Shown: in pieces, positions 13,691-28,558 of the stretch
Numbering within the stretch: position 1 is the stretch's first letter
Layout: each line of letters begins with the position of its first letter
DNA from: the human T2T-CHM13v2.0 reference genome, Homo sapiens
Assembly: GCF_009914755.1 (NCBI RefSeq)
Contig: NC_060945.1
DNA: 64,000 nucleotides
Strand: one strand, 5' to 3'
Program-made: the position numbers and the translations under genes
Notes under the pieces: model-generated
The model's database searches: none
What the model was told of the DNA's origin: nothing
The model's input: only the letters and a program-made list of their open reading frames with translations

Positions 13691-16600
13691 TCACAAAGAA
13701 GTTTCTCAGAATGCTTCTGTGTAGTTTTTATGTGAAGGTATTTCCTTTTACACCATAGGTCAAAAAGGGCTCCAAATATTCACTTGCAGATTCTACATAA
13801 AGAGAGTTTCAAAACTCCTCTATCAAAAGATAGGTACAACGCTGAGTTCAATGCACACATCTCAAAGAAGTTTCTCAGAATGCTTCTGTTTAGTTTTTAT
13901 GTGAAGATATTTCCATTTCTACAATAGGCCTCAAAACGCTCCAAGTATCCACTTGTAGATTTTACTAAAAGAGTGTTTCCAACTGTTCAATCAAAATAAA
14001 TTTACAACTGTGAGATGAATGCACAAGTCACACAGAACTTTCTCATAATGCTTCTGTGTAGTTTTTATGTGAAGATATTTCCTTTTCCACAATGGGCCTC
14101 AAAGTGCTCTATGAGATGAATGCACACGTCAAAAGACATTTCTCAGAATGCTTCTGTGTAGTTTTTATGTGAAGATATTTCCTTTTCCACCATAGGCCAC
14201 AAAGGCCTCCAAATATCCACTTGCAGATTCTACAAAAAGAGAGTTTCAAAATTGCTCAAACAAAAGATAGGTTCAACTCTGTGATCTGAATGCACTCATC
14301 ACAAACAAGCTCTTCAGAATGCTTCTGTGTAGTTTTTATGTGAAGATATTTCCTTTTCCACAATAGGCCTCTAAGCACTACAAATATCCACTTGCAGATT
14401 CTACAAATAGTGGTTTTCAAAACTGCTCAATCAATAGAAATCTTCATCAACGTGTGTTGAACGAACATGTCACAAAGAAGTTTCTCAGAATGCTTCTGTG
14501 TAGCTTTATATGAAGATATTTCCTTTTCCACCATAGGCCTCAGTGCACTCCAAATATCTACTTGCAGATTATACAAAAAGTGTGTTTCAAAATTGCTCAA
14601 TCAAAAGAAAGTTGAACTCTGTGAGATGAATCCACACATTGCAAAGAAGTTTCTCAGAATGCATCTGTGTTGTTTTTATGTGAAGATATTTTCTTTTCCA
14701 CAATAGGCCTCAAGGGGCTCCAAATATCCACTTGCAGATTCTACAAAAAGACTGTTTCAAAACTGCTCAGTGAAAAGAAAGGTTCAACTCTCTGAGATGA
14801 ATGCACACATGACAATGAAGTTTCTCAGAATGCTTCTGTGTAGTTTTTATGGGAAGTTATTTCCTTTTCCACCAGAAGCCACAAAGGGCTCCAAATATCC
14901 ACTTGCAGATTCTACAAAAAGAGAGTTTGAAAACTGTGCAATTAAAAGATAGGTTCAAATTTGTGATTTGAAGGCACACATCAGAAAGAAGTTTCTCAGA
15001 ATGCTTCTGTGTAGATTTTATGTGAAGATATATCCTTTTCCACCATAGGCCTCAATGTGCTCCAAATATCCACTTAGAGATATTACAAAAACAGTGTTTG
15101 AAAACTGCTCAATAAAAAGAAAAGTTCAACTCTGTGAGATGAACACACACATCGCAGAAAGTTTGTCTGAATGTTTCTGTGTTGTTTTCATGTGAATATA
15201 TTTCCTTTTCCACAATAGGCCTCAAAGTGCTCCAAATATCCACTTGCAGATTCTACAAAAAAGAATGTGTCAAAACTGCTCAATCAAAAGCAATGTTCAA
15301 CTCCTTGAGATTAATGTACACATCACAAAAAAGTTTCTCAGAATGCTTCCATGTAGTTTTTATGTGAAGTCATTTCCTTTTCCAACACAGGACTCAAAAG
15401 GCTCCAAATATCCACTTGAAGATTCTACAAAAATAATGTTTCAAAACGCTCAATCAAAAGAAATGTTGAACTCTGTGAAATGAATGCACACATAACCAAG
15501 AAATTTTTTCAGAATGCTTCTGTGTAGCTTTTAAGCGAAGATATTACATTTTCCACCACAGGCTGCAACAGGCTCTAAATATCCACTTGCAGATTCTACA
15601 AAAAGAGATTTTCAAAGCTTCTCAATAAAAAGATAAGTTCAACTCTGTGAGTTGAATGCACACATCACAAAGAAGTTTCTTTGAATGCTTCTGTGTAGTT
15701 TTTATGTGAAGATATTACCTTTTACACCATAGGCCTCAAAGCGCTCCAAATATCCACCTGCAGATTCCAAAAAAAGAGAGTTTCAAAACTGCTTATCAAA
15801 AGACAGGTTCAACTCCGTGAGTTGAATGCACACATCACAAATAAGTTTCTCAGAATGCTTCTGTGTATTTTTTATAGGAAGATATTTCCTTTTCCTCAAT
15901 ATGCCACATAGCACTGCAAATATCCACTTGCAGATCGCACTAAGAGTATTTCCAAACTGCACAGTCAAAAGAAAGGTGAAATGAATGCACATATTGCAAA
16001 AAGTATCTCAGACTCTTTTGTGTAGTTTTTATTTGAAGATATTTTCTTTTCCACAATAGGCCTCAAAGCTCTCCAAAGATCCACTTGCAAATTCTACAAA
16101 AGAGTGTTTCAAAACTGCTCCATCAAAAGAAAGATTCAACTCTGTCAGATGAATGCGCACATCACAAGATAGTTTGTCAGAATGCTTCTGTGTAGTTTTT
16201 ATGTGAAGATATTTCCTCTTCCACCTTAGGCCGCAAAAGGCTCCACATATCCACTTGCAGTTTCTGAAAAAATAATGTTTCCAAACTGGTCAATCAAAAG
16301 AAAGTTTCAACTCTGTGAGTTGAATGCACACATCATAAAGAAGTTTCACAGAATTCTCCTGTGTAGTTTCTATGTGAAGATATTTCCTTTTCCACAATAG
16401 GCCTCAAAGCGTTCCAAGTATCCACTTGCAGATTATACAAAAAGATTGTTTCAAAACTGCTCAATCAAAAGATTGGTTCAACTCTGTGAGAGGAATGCAC
16501 ACATCCCAAATAAGTTTCTCAGAATGTTTCTGTGTAGTTTTTATGTGATAATATTTCCTTTTTCCACCGTAGGCTGCAAAGGGTTACAAATATACACTTG

Positions 16601-19600
16601 CAGAGTATCCAATAAGAGAGGTTCGAAAGTGCTCAATCAAAAAATAGGTTGAATTCTGTGAGTTCAATGCACACATCACAAAGAAGTTGCTCAGAATTCT
16701 ATTGTGTAGTTTTTATGTGAAGATATTTAATTTTGCAAAATAGGCCTCAAAGCACACCAAGTATCCAATGGCAGATTCTACAATAAGAGTGTTTTAAATC
16801 TGTTCAATCAAAAGAAAGGTTCAACTCTGTGAGATGAATACACACATCACAAAGAAGTTTCTCAGAATGCTTCTGTGTAGTTTTTATGTGAAGATATTTC
16901 CTTTTCCAAAATAGGCCTTAAAGCCCCCGAAGTATCCACTTGCAGATTCTACAAAAAGACTCTTTCAACACTGCTCAATCAAAAGAAAGCTTCAACTCTG
17001 TGAGATGAAGGCACACATCACAAATAAGTTTCTCAGAATGCTTCTGGGTAGTTTTTATGTGAAGAAATTTGCTTTTCCAAAATAGGCCCCAAAGCCATCC
17101 AAATATCCACTTTCAGATTCTCCTAAAGGGATTTTCCAAACTGCTCAATCAAAAGAAAGGTTCAACACTGTGAGATGAAAGCACACATAACAAAGAAGTT
17201 TCTCTGAATTCTTCTGTGTAGTTTTTATGTGAAGATATTTCCTTTTCCACCATAGGCCACAAAGGGCTCCAAATATCCACTTGCAGATTTGACAAAAAGA
17301 GAGATTCAAAACTGCTCAATCAAAAGATAGTTTCAACTCTGTGAGTTGAATGCACACATCACAAAGAAGTTTCTCTGAATGCTTTTGCTTAATTTCTATG
17401 TGAAGATATTCCCTTTTCTACCACAGGCATCAAAACGCTCCAAATATCCACTTGAAGATTCTACAAAAAGAGTGTTTCCAATCTGCTCATTCAAAAGAAA
17501 GGTTAAAATCTGTGAGATGAATTCACACATCACAAAGAAGTTTCTCAGAATGCATCTGCGTAGTTTTTATGTGGAGATATTTCCTTTTCTACCTTAGGCC
17601 TCAAAGTGCTCCAAATATCCACTTGCATATGCTACAAAAAGAGTGTTTCAAAACTGCTCAATCAAAACATATGTTCAGCTCTGTGAGATGAAAGCACACA
17701 TCACAAAGACGTTTTTGAGAACGCTTCTGTGTAGTTTTGATGGGAAGATAGTTCCTTTTTCACAATAGGCCTCAAAGCGCTCCAAATATCCAGTTTCAGA
17801 TTCTTCAAAAAGAGTGTTTCAAAACTGCTCAATGAAAAGAAAGATTCAACTCTGTGAGATGAATGCACACATCACAATGTAGTTTCTCAGAATGCTTCTG
17901 TGTAGTTTTTATGTGAAGATATTTCCTTTTCCACAATAGACCTCAAATCTCTCCAAATATCTACTTCCTGATTCTACAAAAAGTGTTTTTCCAAACTTCT
18001 CAATCAAAAGCAACGTTCAACTCTTTGAGATTAATGCACACATCCAAAGAAGTTTCTCAGAATGCTTCTGTGTAGTTTTTATGTGAACATATTTCCTTTT
18101 CCACCATTGGCCACAATCGGCTCCTTATACCCACTTCCAGATTCTACAAAAAGAGAGTGTCAAAACTGCTCAATCAAAAGATCAGTTCAACTCTGTGAGT
18201 TGAATGCAGACATCACAAAGGAGTTTCTCAGAATGTCTCTGTGTAGTTTTTAGGTGAAGATCTTTCATTTTCTACAATAGGCCTAAATGTGCTCCAAGTA
18301 TCCACTTGCAGATTCTACAAAAGGAGTTTTTCAAAACTGCTCAAACAAAAGAAAGGTTCAACTTTGTGAGATGAATGCATACATCCCAGAGAAGTTTCTC
18401 AGAATGCTTCTGTGTAGTTTTTATGTGAATGTATCTCCTGTTTCACCATATGCCGCAAAGGGCTCCAAATAGCAACTTGCAGTTTCTACAAAAAGAGTGT
18501 TTCAAAACTTCTCAATCAAAACAAATTTCAACTCTTTGAGATTAATGCATGACTCACAAAGAAGTTTCTCAGAATGTTTCTGTGTAGTTTCTATCTAAAG
18601 ATATTTCCTTTTCTAATATAGGCTGCAAAGGGCTCCAAATATCCAGTTGCGTATTCTACAAAAACAGTGTTTCAAAACTGCACAATCAAAAGAAAAGTTC
18701 ATCTCTGTGAGATGAAAGCACACATCACAAAGTTTCTCAGAATGCTTCCGTGTAGTTTTTATGTGAAGATATTCTCTTTTCCACAACAGGCTTGAAATCC
18801 CTCCAAGTATCCACTTGCAGATTCTACAAAGAGAGTGTTTCAAAACTGCTCAATCATAAGAAAGGTTCAAATCTATGAGATGAATGCACACATCACAAAG
18901 AAGATTCTCAGAATGCTTCTGTGTAGTATTTGTATCAGGATATTTCCTTTTCCTCCATAGGATACAAAGGGTTTCAAATATCCACTTGCAGATTCTACAA
19001 AAAGAGAAATTCAAAACTGCTCAATCAAAAGATAGGTACAACTCTGTGAGTTGAATGCACACATCACAAAGAAGTTTCTTTGAATGCTTCTTTGTAGTTT
19101 TTATGGGAAGATAAATCCTTTTCCACCATAGGCCTAAAATATCTCCAAATATCCACTTGCAGATTCTACAAAGCCAATGTTTCAAATCTGATCAATCATA
19201 AGATAGGTTAAACTCTGTGAGATGAAAGCGCACATCACAAAAAAGTTTCTCAGAATGCTTCTGTATAGTTTTTATTTGAAGATATTCCCTTTTTCTCCAT
19301 TGGCCACTAAGATCTCCCAATATCCACCTGCAGATTCTACAAAAAGAGAGATTCAAAACTACTCAAGCAAAAGATAAGTTCAATTCTGTGAGTTTAATGC
19401 ATACATAAAAAAGAAGTTTCTCAGAATGCTTCTGTGTAGTTTTTATTTGAAGATATTTCCTTTTCCACCATAGGCTGCAAAGGGCTCAAAATATCCACTT
19501 GCTGATTTTACAAAAAGAGAGATTCAAAACTGCTCAATCAAAAGGTATGTTGAAATCTATGCGTTGAATGCACTCATCACAAGGAAGTTCTCAGAATGCT

Positions 19601-22600
19601 TTTGTCTAGTGTTTATGTGAAGATATTTCCTTTTCCACAAAAAGCCTCAAAACGCTCCAAATATCCACTTGCAGATTCTACAAACAGGTTATTTCAAAAC
19701 TGCTGAATCATAAGATAGGTTCAATTCTGTGAGATGAATACACACATCACAAAGATGTTTCTCTGAATGCTTCTGTGTAGTTTTTATGTGAAGATATTTC
19801 CTTTTCCACAATAGTCCTGAAAGCGCTCCAATTATCTACCTGTAGATTCTACAAAAAGAGTGTTTCAAAACTGCTCAATTATAAGATAGGTTCAACTCTG
19901 TGAGATGAATGCACACATCACAAAGATGTTTCTCAGAATAATTCTGTGTCGTTCTTTTCTGAAGATATTTGCTTTTCCACAGAAGGCCTCAAAGCACTCC
20001 AAATATCTAATTTCAGATTCTACAAAAACAGTGTTTCAAAACTGCTGAATCATAAGATAGGATCAACTCTGTGAGATGAATGTACACATCACAAAGAAGT
20101 TTCTCAGAATGCTTCCTTGTAGTTTTTATTTGAAGATATTTCCTTTTTCTCCATGGGCTGCAGAGGGCTCCAAATATCCACTTGCAGCTTCTACAAAAAG
20201 AGATATTCAAATCTGCTCAATCAAAAGATAAGTTCACCTCTGTGAGTTTAATGCACACATCACAAAGTCGTTTCTCAGAATGCTTCTTTGTAGTGTTTAT
20301 GTGAAGATATTTCCTTTTCCACAATATACCTCAAAGTGCTCCAAATATCCACTTCTAAATTCTCCAAAAGAGTGTGGAAAAACTGCTCATACGAAGGAAA
20401 GTTTCAACTCTGTGAGATGAATGCACACACCACAAAGAAATTTGTCATTTTTCTGTGTGGTTTTTATGTGAAAATATTTCCTTTTCCACATTAGGCCTCA
20501 AAGCGCTCCAAATATCCACTTGCAGCATCTACAAAGCCAGTGTTTCAAATTTGCTCAATCATAAGATAGGTTCAACTCTGTGAGATGAATGCACACATCA
20601 TGAAGAAGTTTCTCAGAATACTTCTGTGTAGTTTTTATGTGAAGATGTTTCCTTTTCCAAAATAGGCCTCAAAGCCCACCAAATATCCACTTGCAGATTC
20701 TACAAAAAGAGAGATTCAAAACTGCTCAATCAAAAGATAGGTTAAACTCTGTGACTTGAATTCACACATCACAAACAAGTTTCTCAGAATGCTTATTTGT
20801 AGTTTTTATGTGAAGATATTACCTTTTCCACAATAGGCCTCAAAGCACTCCAAATATCCACTTGCAGATTCTACAAACAGAGTGTTTCAAAACTTCTCAA
20901 TCAAAAGATAGGTTCAACTCTCTGAGTTGAATGCATACATCATAAAGAAGTATCTCAGAATGCTTTTGTGAAGTTTTTACGTGAAGATATTTCCTTTTCC
21001 ACAACAGTCCTGAAAGCCCTCCAAGTATCCACTTGCAGATTCTACAAAGAGAGTGTTTCAAATGTACTCAATCATAAGATATGTTCAAATCTATGAGATG
21101 AATGCACACATCACAAAGAAGTTTCTCAGAATGCTTCTGTGTAGTATTTATTTGAAGATATTTCCTTATCCTCCATTGGCTGCAAAGGGTTTCAAATATC
21201 CACTTGCAGATTCTGCAAACAGAGAAATTCAAAACTGCTCAATCAAAAGATAGGTTCAACTCTATGAGTTGAATGCACACATTGCAAAGAAGTTTCTCAG
21301 AATGCTTCTGTGTAGTTTTTATGGGAAGATATTTCCTTCTCCACAATAGGTCTAAAAGCACTCCAAATATCCACTTGCAGATTCTACAAAAAGAGTGTTT
21401 CAAAAGTTCTCAATCAAAAGAAACTTTCAACTCTGTGGGATGAATGCACACATCACAGAGTTGTTTCTCAGAATGCTTCTGTGTGGTTTTTACGTGAAGA
21501 TATTTGCTTTTCCACAGTAGGCCCCAAAGCGCTCCAAATATCCACTTGCACATTCTGTAAAAACTGTGTTTCAAAACTGCTCAATCAAAAGAAACGTACA
21601 ACTCTGTTAGATGAATACACACAACAAAAAGTAGTTTCTCAGAATAAATCTGTGTAGGTTTATGTGAAGATATTTCCTTTTACACAATAGGCCAAAAAGC
21701 ACTCCAAATATACACCTGAAGATTTTGCAAAGAGACTGTTTCAAAGCTGCTCAGTCATAAGATAGGTTCATCTCTGTGAGATGAATGCACACATCACAAA
21801 GAAGTTTCTCAGAATGCTTCTGTGTAGTTTTTATTTGAAGATATTTCCTTTGCCTCCATGGACTGCAAAGGGCTCCAAATATCCACTTGCAAATCCGAGA
21901 AAAAGAGAGATCCAAAAATGCTCAATTGAAAGATAGGTTCAAGACTGTGAGTTGAATGCACACATCACAAAGAAGTTTCTCAGAATGCTTCTGTGTAGTT
22001 TTTATGTGAAGATGTTTCCTTTTCCAAAATAGGCCTCAAAGCCCACCAAATATCCACTTGCAGATTCTACAAAAAGAGAGATTCAAAACTGCTCAATCAA
22101 AAGATAGGTTAAACTCTGTGACTTGAATTCACACATCACAAAGAAGTTTCTCAGAATGCTTATTTGTAGTTTTTATGTGAAGATATTACCTTTTCCACAA
22201 TAGGCCTCAAAGCACTCCAAATATCCACTTGCAGATTCTACAAACAGAGTGTTTCAAAACTTCTCAATCAAAAGATAGGTTCAACTCTCTGAGTTGAGTG
22301 CATACATCATAAAGAAGTATCTCAGAATGCTTTTGTGAAGTTTTTACGTGAAGATATTCCCTTTTCCACAACAGTCCTGAAAGCCCTCCAAGTATCCACT
22401 TGCAGATTCTACAAAGAGAGTGTTTCAAATGTACTCAATCATAAGATATGTTCAAATCTATGAGATGAATGCACACATCACAAAGAAGTTTCTCAGAATG
22501 CTTCTGTGTAGTATTTATTTGAAGATATTTCCTTATCCTCCATTGGCCGCAAAGGGCTTCAAATATCCACTTGCAGATTCTACAAAGAGAGAAATTCAAA

Positions 22601-25600
22601 ACTGCTCAATCAAAAGATAGGTTCAACTCTATGAGTTGAATGCACACATCACAAATAAGTTTCTTTGAATGCTTCTGTGTAGTTTTTATGGGAAGATATT
22701 TCCTTTTCCACAGTAGGTCTAAAAGCGCTCCAAATATCCACTTGCAGATTCTACAAAAAGAGTGTTTCAAAAGTTCTCAATCAAAAGAAACTTTCATCTC
22801 TGTGGGATGAATGCACACATCACAAAGAAGTTTCTTAGAATGCTTCTGTGTAGTTTTTATTTGAAGATATTTCCTTTGCCTCCATGGACCGCAAAGGGCT
22901 CCAAACATCCACTTGCAGGTTCCTGAAAAAGAGAGATCCGAAACTGCTCAATCAAAAGATAGGTTCAAGGCTGTGAGTTGAATGGACACATCACAAAGAA
23001 GTTTCTCAGAAGGCTTCAGTGCAGTTTTTATGTGAAGGTATTTCCCTTTCCACCATAAGCCACAAAGGTCTCCAAATATCCACTTGCAGATTCTACAAAA
23101 AGAGTGCTTCAAAACTGCTCAATCAAAAGAAAGTTTTATCTCTGGGAGATGAATGCATACATCATAGGGAAATTTCTCAGAATGCTTCTGTGTAGTTTTT
23201 ATGTGAAGATATTTCCTTTTCCAAAAAGCCTCAAAGCCCACCAAATATCTACTTGCTGATTCTACAAAAAGAGTGTTTGAAGTATGCTGAATTAAAAGAC
23301 AGGTTCAACTCTGTGAGATGAATGCACAAATCACGTAGAAGTTTGTGAGAATGCTTCTGTGTAGTTTCTATTTGAAGATATTTCCTTTTCCTCCATAGAC
23401 CACAAATTGCTCCAAATATCCACTTCCAGATTCTAGAAAAAGAGAGATCCAAAATTGCTCAATCAAAAGAAAGGTTCAAGACTGTGAGTTGAAGACACAA
23501 ACCACAAAGAAGTTTCTCAGAATGCTTCTGTGTAGTTTTTATGTGAAGATATTTCATTTTCCCAATAGGCCTCCAAGCCCACCAAATATCCACCTGCTGA
23601 TTCTACAAAAAGAGTGTGTCAAATCTGCTCAATCAAAAGACAGGTTCAACTCTGGGAGATGAATGCACACATCACAGGGAAGTTTCCCAGAATGCTTCTG
23701 TGTAGTTTATATGTGAAGATATTTCCTTTCCCAAACTAGACCTCAAAGCGCTCCAAATATCCACTTGCAGATTCTACCAAAAGAGTGTTTCAAAACTGCT
23801 CAAAGAAAAGAATGGTTCAACTCTGTGAGATGAATGCACACATCACAAAGAAGTTTCTCAGAATGCTTCTGTGTAGTTTTTATGTGAAGATACTTCCTTT
23901 TCCAAAATAAGCCTAAAAATCCCTCCAAATATCCACTTGCAGATTCTACAAAAAGAGTGTTTCAAAACTGCTCAATCAAAAGAAAAGTTCAAATCTATGT
24001 GATGAATGCACTCATCACAAATTAGTTTCTCAGAATGATTAGTTTCTCAGAATGTTTCACAGTAGTTTTTATGTGAAATTATTTCGTTTTCCACAATAGG
24101 CCTCAAAGCGCTCCAAACATCCTCTTGCAGATTCTACAAAACAGTGTTTCAAAACTCCTCAATCAAAAGAAAGTTTCAACACTGTGAGATGAATGCACAC
24201 ATCACAAAGTAGTTTCTCAGAATGCCTCTGTGTGGTTTTTATGTGAAGATATTTGTTTTTCCACAGTAGGCCTCAAAGGGCTCCAAATATCCACTTGCAG
24301 ATTCTACAAAAACTGTGTTTCAAAACTGCTCAATCAAAAGAAACTGTCAACTCTGTCAAATGAATGCACACATCACAAAGAAGTTTCTCAGAATCCTTCT
24401 GTGTAGTTTTTATGTGAAGATATTTCATTTTCCACAATAGGACACAGAGTGCCCCAGGTATCCACTTTCAGATTCTACAAAGAGAGTGTTTCAAAACTGC
24501 TCAATCATAAGATAGTTTCAACTCTGTGGGATGAATGCACACATCACAAAGAAGTTTCTCAGAATGCTTCTGTGTAGTATTTATTTGAAGATATTTCCTC
24601 TTTCTCCATAGACTACAAAGGTATCCAAATATCCTCTTGCAGATTCTACAAAAAGAGAGATTCAAAACTGATCTATCAAAAGATAGGTTCAACTCTGTGT
24701 GTTGAATGCTCACATGGCAAAGAAGTTTCTCAGAATACTTCTGTGTAGTTTTTATGTGAAGATATTTCCTTTTCCACTATAGTCCTCAAAGTGCTCAAAG
24801 TATCCACTTGCAGATTCTACAGAAAGAGTGTTTCAAAATTGCTCAATCAAAAGAAATGTACAACTCTGTGAGATGAATGCACACATCACAAAGTACTTAC
24901 TCAGAATGCCTCTGCATAGTTTTTATGTGAAAATATTTACTTTTCCACAGTAGGCATCAAGGCGCTCAAAATATCCTCCTGCAGATTTTACAAAAACCGT
25001 GTTTCAAAACTGCTCTACCAAAAGAAAGGTTCACATCTGTGAGATGAATGCACACATCACAAAGAAGATTCTCATAATGCTTCTGTGCAATTTTTATGTG
25101 AAGATGTTACTTTTCCACAGTAGGCCTCAAAGTGCTTCAAATTTCAACTTGAAGATTATACAAAGAGAGTGTTTCAAAACTGCTCAATCATAAGATAGCT
25201 TCAACTCTGTGTGGTGAATGCACACATCAAATGAAGTTACTCAGAATGCTTCTTTATAGTTTTTATGTTATCATATTTACTTGTCCACAATAGGCCTCAA
25301 AGTGCTCCAAATATCCTCTTCCAGATTTTTCAAAAACAGTGTTACAAAAATGCTCTACCAAAAGAAAGGTTCAACACTGTGAGATGAATGCACACAACCA
25401 AAAGAAGATTCTCAGAATGCTTCCGTGTAGTTTTTATTTCATGATACTTCCTTTTCCTCCATAGGCTGAAAAGGGCTTCAAATATCTACTTGCAGATTCG
25501 ACATAAAGAGAGATTCAAAACTACTGAATCAAAAGATAGATTCAACTCTGTGTTATGAATGCACTCATCACAAAGATGTTTCTCAGAATGCTTCTGCATA

Positions 25601-28329
25601 GTTTTTATGTGAAGATATTTACTTTTACACCATAAGCTTCAAAACTCTCTAAATATCCACTGCAGATTCTACAGAAAGAATGATCCCAAACAGCTCAAAC
25701 AAAAGAAATGTTCAACTCTGTCAAATGAATGCACACATCACAAAGAACTTCCTCAGAATGCTTCTGTGTAATTTCTACGTGAAGATATTTCATTTTCCAC
25801 AATAGGCCTCAAAGAGCTCCAAATATCCACTTGCAGATTCTAGAAAAAGAATGTGAAAACTGCTCAATCAACAGAAAGGTTCAACTCTGTGAGATGAATG
25901 CATACGTCACAAAGAAGTTTCTCAGAATGTTTCCATGTGTTTTTTTTTTTTGAAGATATTTCCTTTTCCACAATAGGCACCAAAGCGCTCCAGATACCCA
26001 CTTTCAGATTCTTCCAACAGAGGGTTTCAAAATTGCTCAAAAGATAGGTTCAAGTGTATGAGTTGAATGCACACAACAGCAAAAATTTTCTCAGAATGCT
26101 TCTGTGTAGTTTTTATGTGAAGATACTTCCTTTTCCACCATAGGCCGCAAAGGGCTCCAAATATCCACTTGCAGATTCTACAGAAGGAGAGATTCAAAAC
26201 TACTCATTCAAAGGTAGCTTCAACTCTGTGAGTTGAGTGCACACATCACAAAGAAGTTTCTCAGAATGCTTCTGTGTAGTTTTTATGTGAAGATATTTCC
26301 TTTTGCAATATATGCCGCAAAGGCCTCCAAATACCCATTCCAGACTCTTCAAAAAGAGAGTTTCAAAACTGCTCCATCAAAAGATAGGTTCAACTCCATG
26401 AGATGAATGCACACATCACAAAAAGTTTCTCAGAATGCTTCTGTGTAGTTTTTATGTAATGATATTTTTTTTTCCACCATGGGCCGCAAAGGGCTGCAAA
26501 TATCCACTTCCAGATTCCACAGAAAGAGAGACTCAATACTGCTCAATCAAAAGATAGATTCAACCCTGTGAGTTGAATGACCAGATCACAGAGAAATTTC
26601 TCAGAATGCTTCTGTGTAGTTTTTATGTGAAGATGATATTTCCTTTTCCACTAGAGGCCTCTAAGTGCTACAAATATCAACTTGCACATTCTGCAAAACG
26701 AGTGTTTCCTAACTGTTCAACCAAAAGAAACGTTCAACACTCTGAGGTGAATGCACACATCACAAAGAAGTTTCTCAAAATTCTTCTGTGTAGTTTTTAT
26801 GTGAAGATATTTCCTTTTCCATATTAGGCTGCATAGGGCTCCCAATATCCACTTGCAGATTATTGAAAAAGAGAGTTTCAAAACCGCTTAATCAAAAAAT
26901 ACGTTCAACTCTGTGAATAGAATGAATACATCACAAAGAAGTTTCTCAGAATGCTTGTGTGTACTTTTTATGAGAAGATACTTCCTTTTCCACCATAGGC
27001 CACAAGGGTTTCCTAATATCCACTTGCAGATTCTACAAAAAGAGAGTTTCAAAACTGGTCAACCAAAAGATAGGTTCAACCCTGTGAGTTGAATGCATGC
27101 ACAACAAAGAAGTTTCTCACAATAGTTTTTTGTAGTTTTTATGTGAAGATATTTCCTTTTCCACTGTAAGCCTCAAAGTGCTTCAAATATTAAATTGCAG
27201 ATTCTACAGAAAGAGTGTTTCCAAACTGCTAAAACTAAAGAAAAGTTCAACTCTGTCAGATGAATGCACACATCATGATGAAGTTTCTCAGAATGTTTCT
27301 GTGTAGTTTTTATGTGAAGATATTTCCTTTTCCACAATAGGCCTTAAAGCACTCCAAATATCCATTGAAGATTCTACAAAAAGTGTTTCCAAACTGCTCA
27401 ATCAAAACAAAGGTTCAACTCTGTGAGATGAATGTACACGTCACAAAGAAGTTTCTCAGAATGTTTCTGTGTAGTTTTAAAGTGAAGATATTTCCTTTTA
27501 CACCATAGGCCACAAATGGCTCCAATATCCACTTGCAGGCTCTAGAAAAAGAGAGTTTCAAAACTTCTTGATCAAACGATAGGTTCAACTCTGGAAGGTG
27601 AATGTACACGTCACAAAAAGTTTCCCAGAATGCCTCTGTATTTTTCATGTGACGACATTTCCTTTACCACCATAGGACTCAAAACCCTCCAAATATCCAC
27701 CTACAGATTCTACAAAAAGAGTGTTTCCAAACTGCACAATCAAAAGAAAAGTTCAACTCTGTGTGATGAATGCACACATCACAAAGCAGTTTCTCAGGAT
27801 GCTTCTGTATAGTTTTTATTTGAGGATATTTTCTTTTATACCATAGGCCACAAAGGGCTCCAAATATCCACTTGCAGATTCTACAAAAAGAGAGTTTCAA
27901 GACTGCTGTATCAAAATATAGGTTCAACTCTGTGTGTTGAATACACAAATAACAAAGAAGTTTCTCAGAATGCTTCTGTGAAGTTTTTATGTGAAGATAT
28001 TTCCTTTTCTACAATAGGTCACATAGCGCTCCAAATATCCACTTGCAGATTCTACAGAAACAGTGTTTCAACCTGCACAATCAAAAGAAATATTCAACTC
28101 TGTGAGATGAATGCACACATCACCAAGAAATTTCTCAGAACGCTTCTGTTTAGTTTTTATGTGAAGATGTTTCCTTTTGCACCATAAGCCACAAAGGGCT
28201 CCATATATCCACTTCCAGATTCTACAAAAAGATATTTTCAAAACTGTTCAACCAAAAGATATGTTCAACTCTGACAGTTGAATGCACACACTGCAAAGAA
28301 GTTTCTCAGAGTACTGCTGTGTATTTTTT
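13691..28329 (-). repeat. Divergent monomeric alpha satellite, layer B, left part (CTTCTGTGTAG; AAAAGATAGG and AAGGGCTCC variants)
   Basis: 171-bp periodicity. TGTCTAG switches to TGTGTAG, and AAAAGATAGG monomers appear from ~13825. Confidence 0.9.
20620..23000. repeat. Relatively recent 8-monomer tandem duplication (offset 1367 bp); second copy lacks 2 monomers
   Basis: 20620-21455 is nearly identical to 21988-22820, and ORFs 21053/22420 differ by one residue. The second copy then jumps to match 21800-21980 (TTTGCCTCCATGGAC). Confidence 0.88.
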
Positions 28330-28558
28330 TTAGAATTTATTTTATTTTATTATTATTACACTTTAAGTTTTAGGGTACATGTTCACATTGTGCAGCTTAG
28401 TTACATATGTGTACACGTGACATGTTGGTAGGCTGCACCCATTAACTTGTCATTTAGCATTAGGTATATCTCCGAATGCTATCTCTCCCCCCTCCCCCAC
28501 CCCACATCTCTCCCCAGAGTGTGATGTTCCCCTTCCTGTGTCCATGTGTTCTCATTGC

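Noticed and set aside
28330-28360. AGAA interruption in the first L1 tail as a 3' transduction
   Set aside because: Only ~4-5 non-A bases, indistinguishable from polyA decay.
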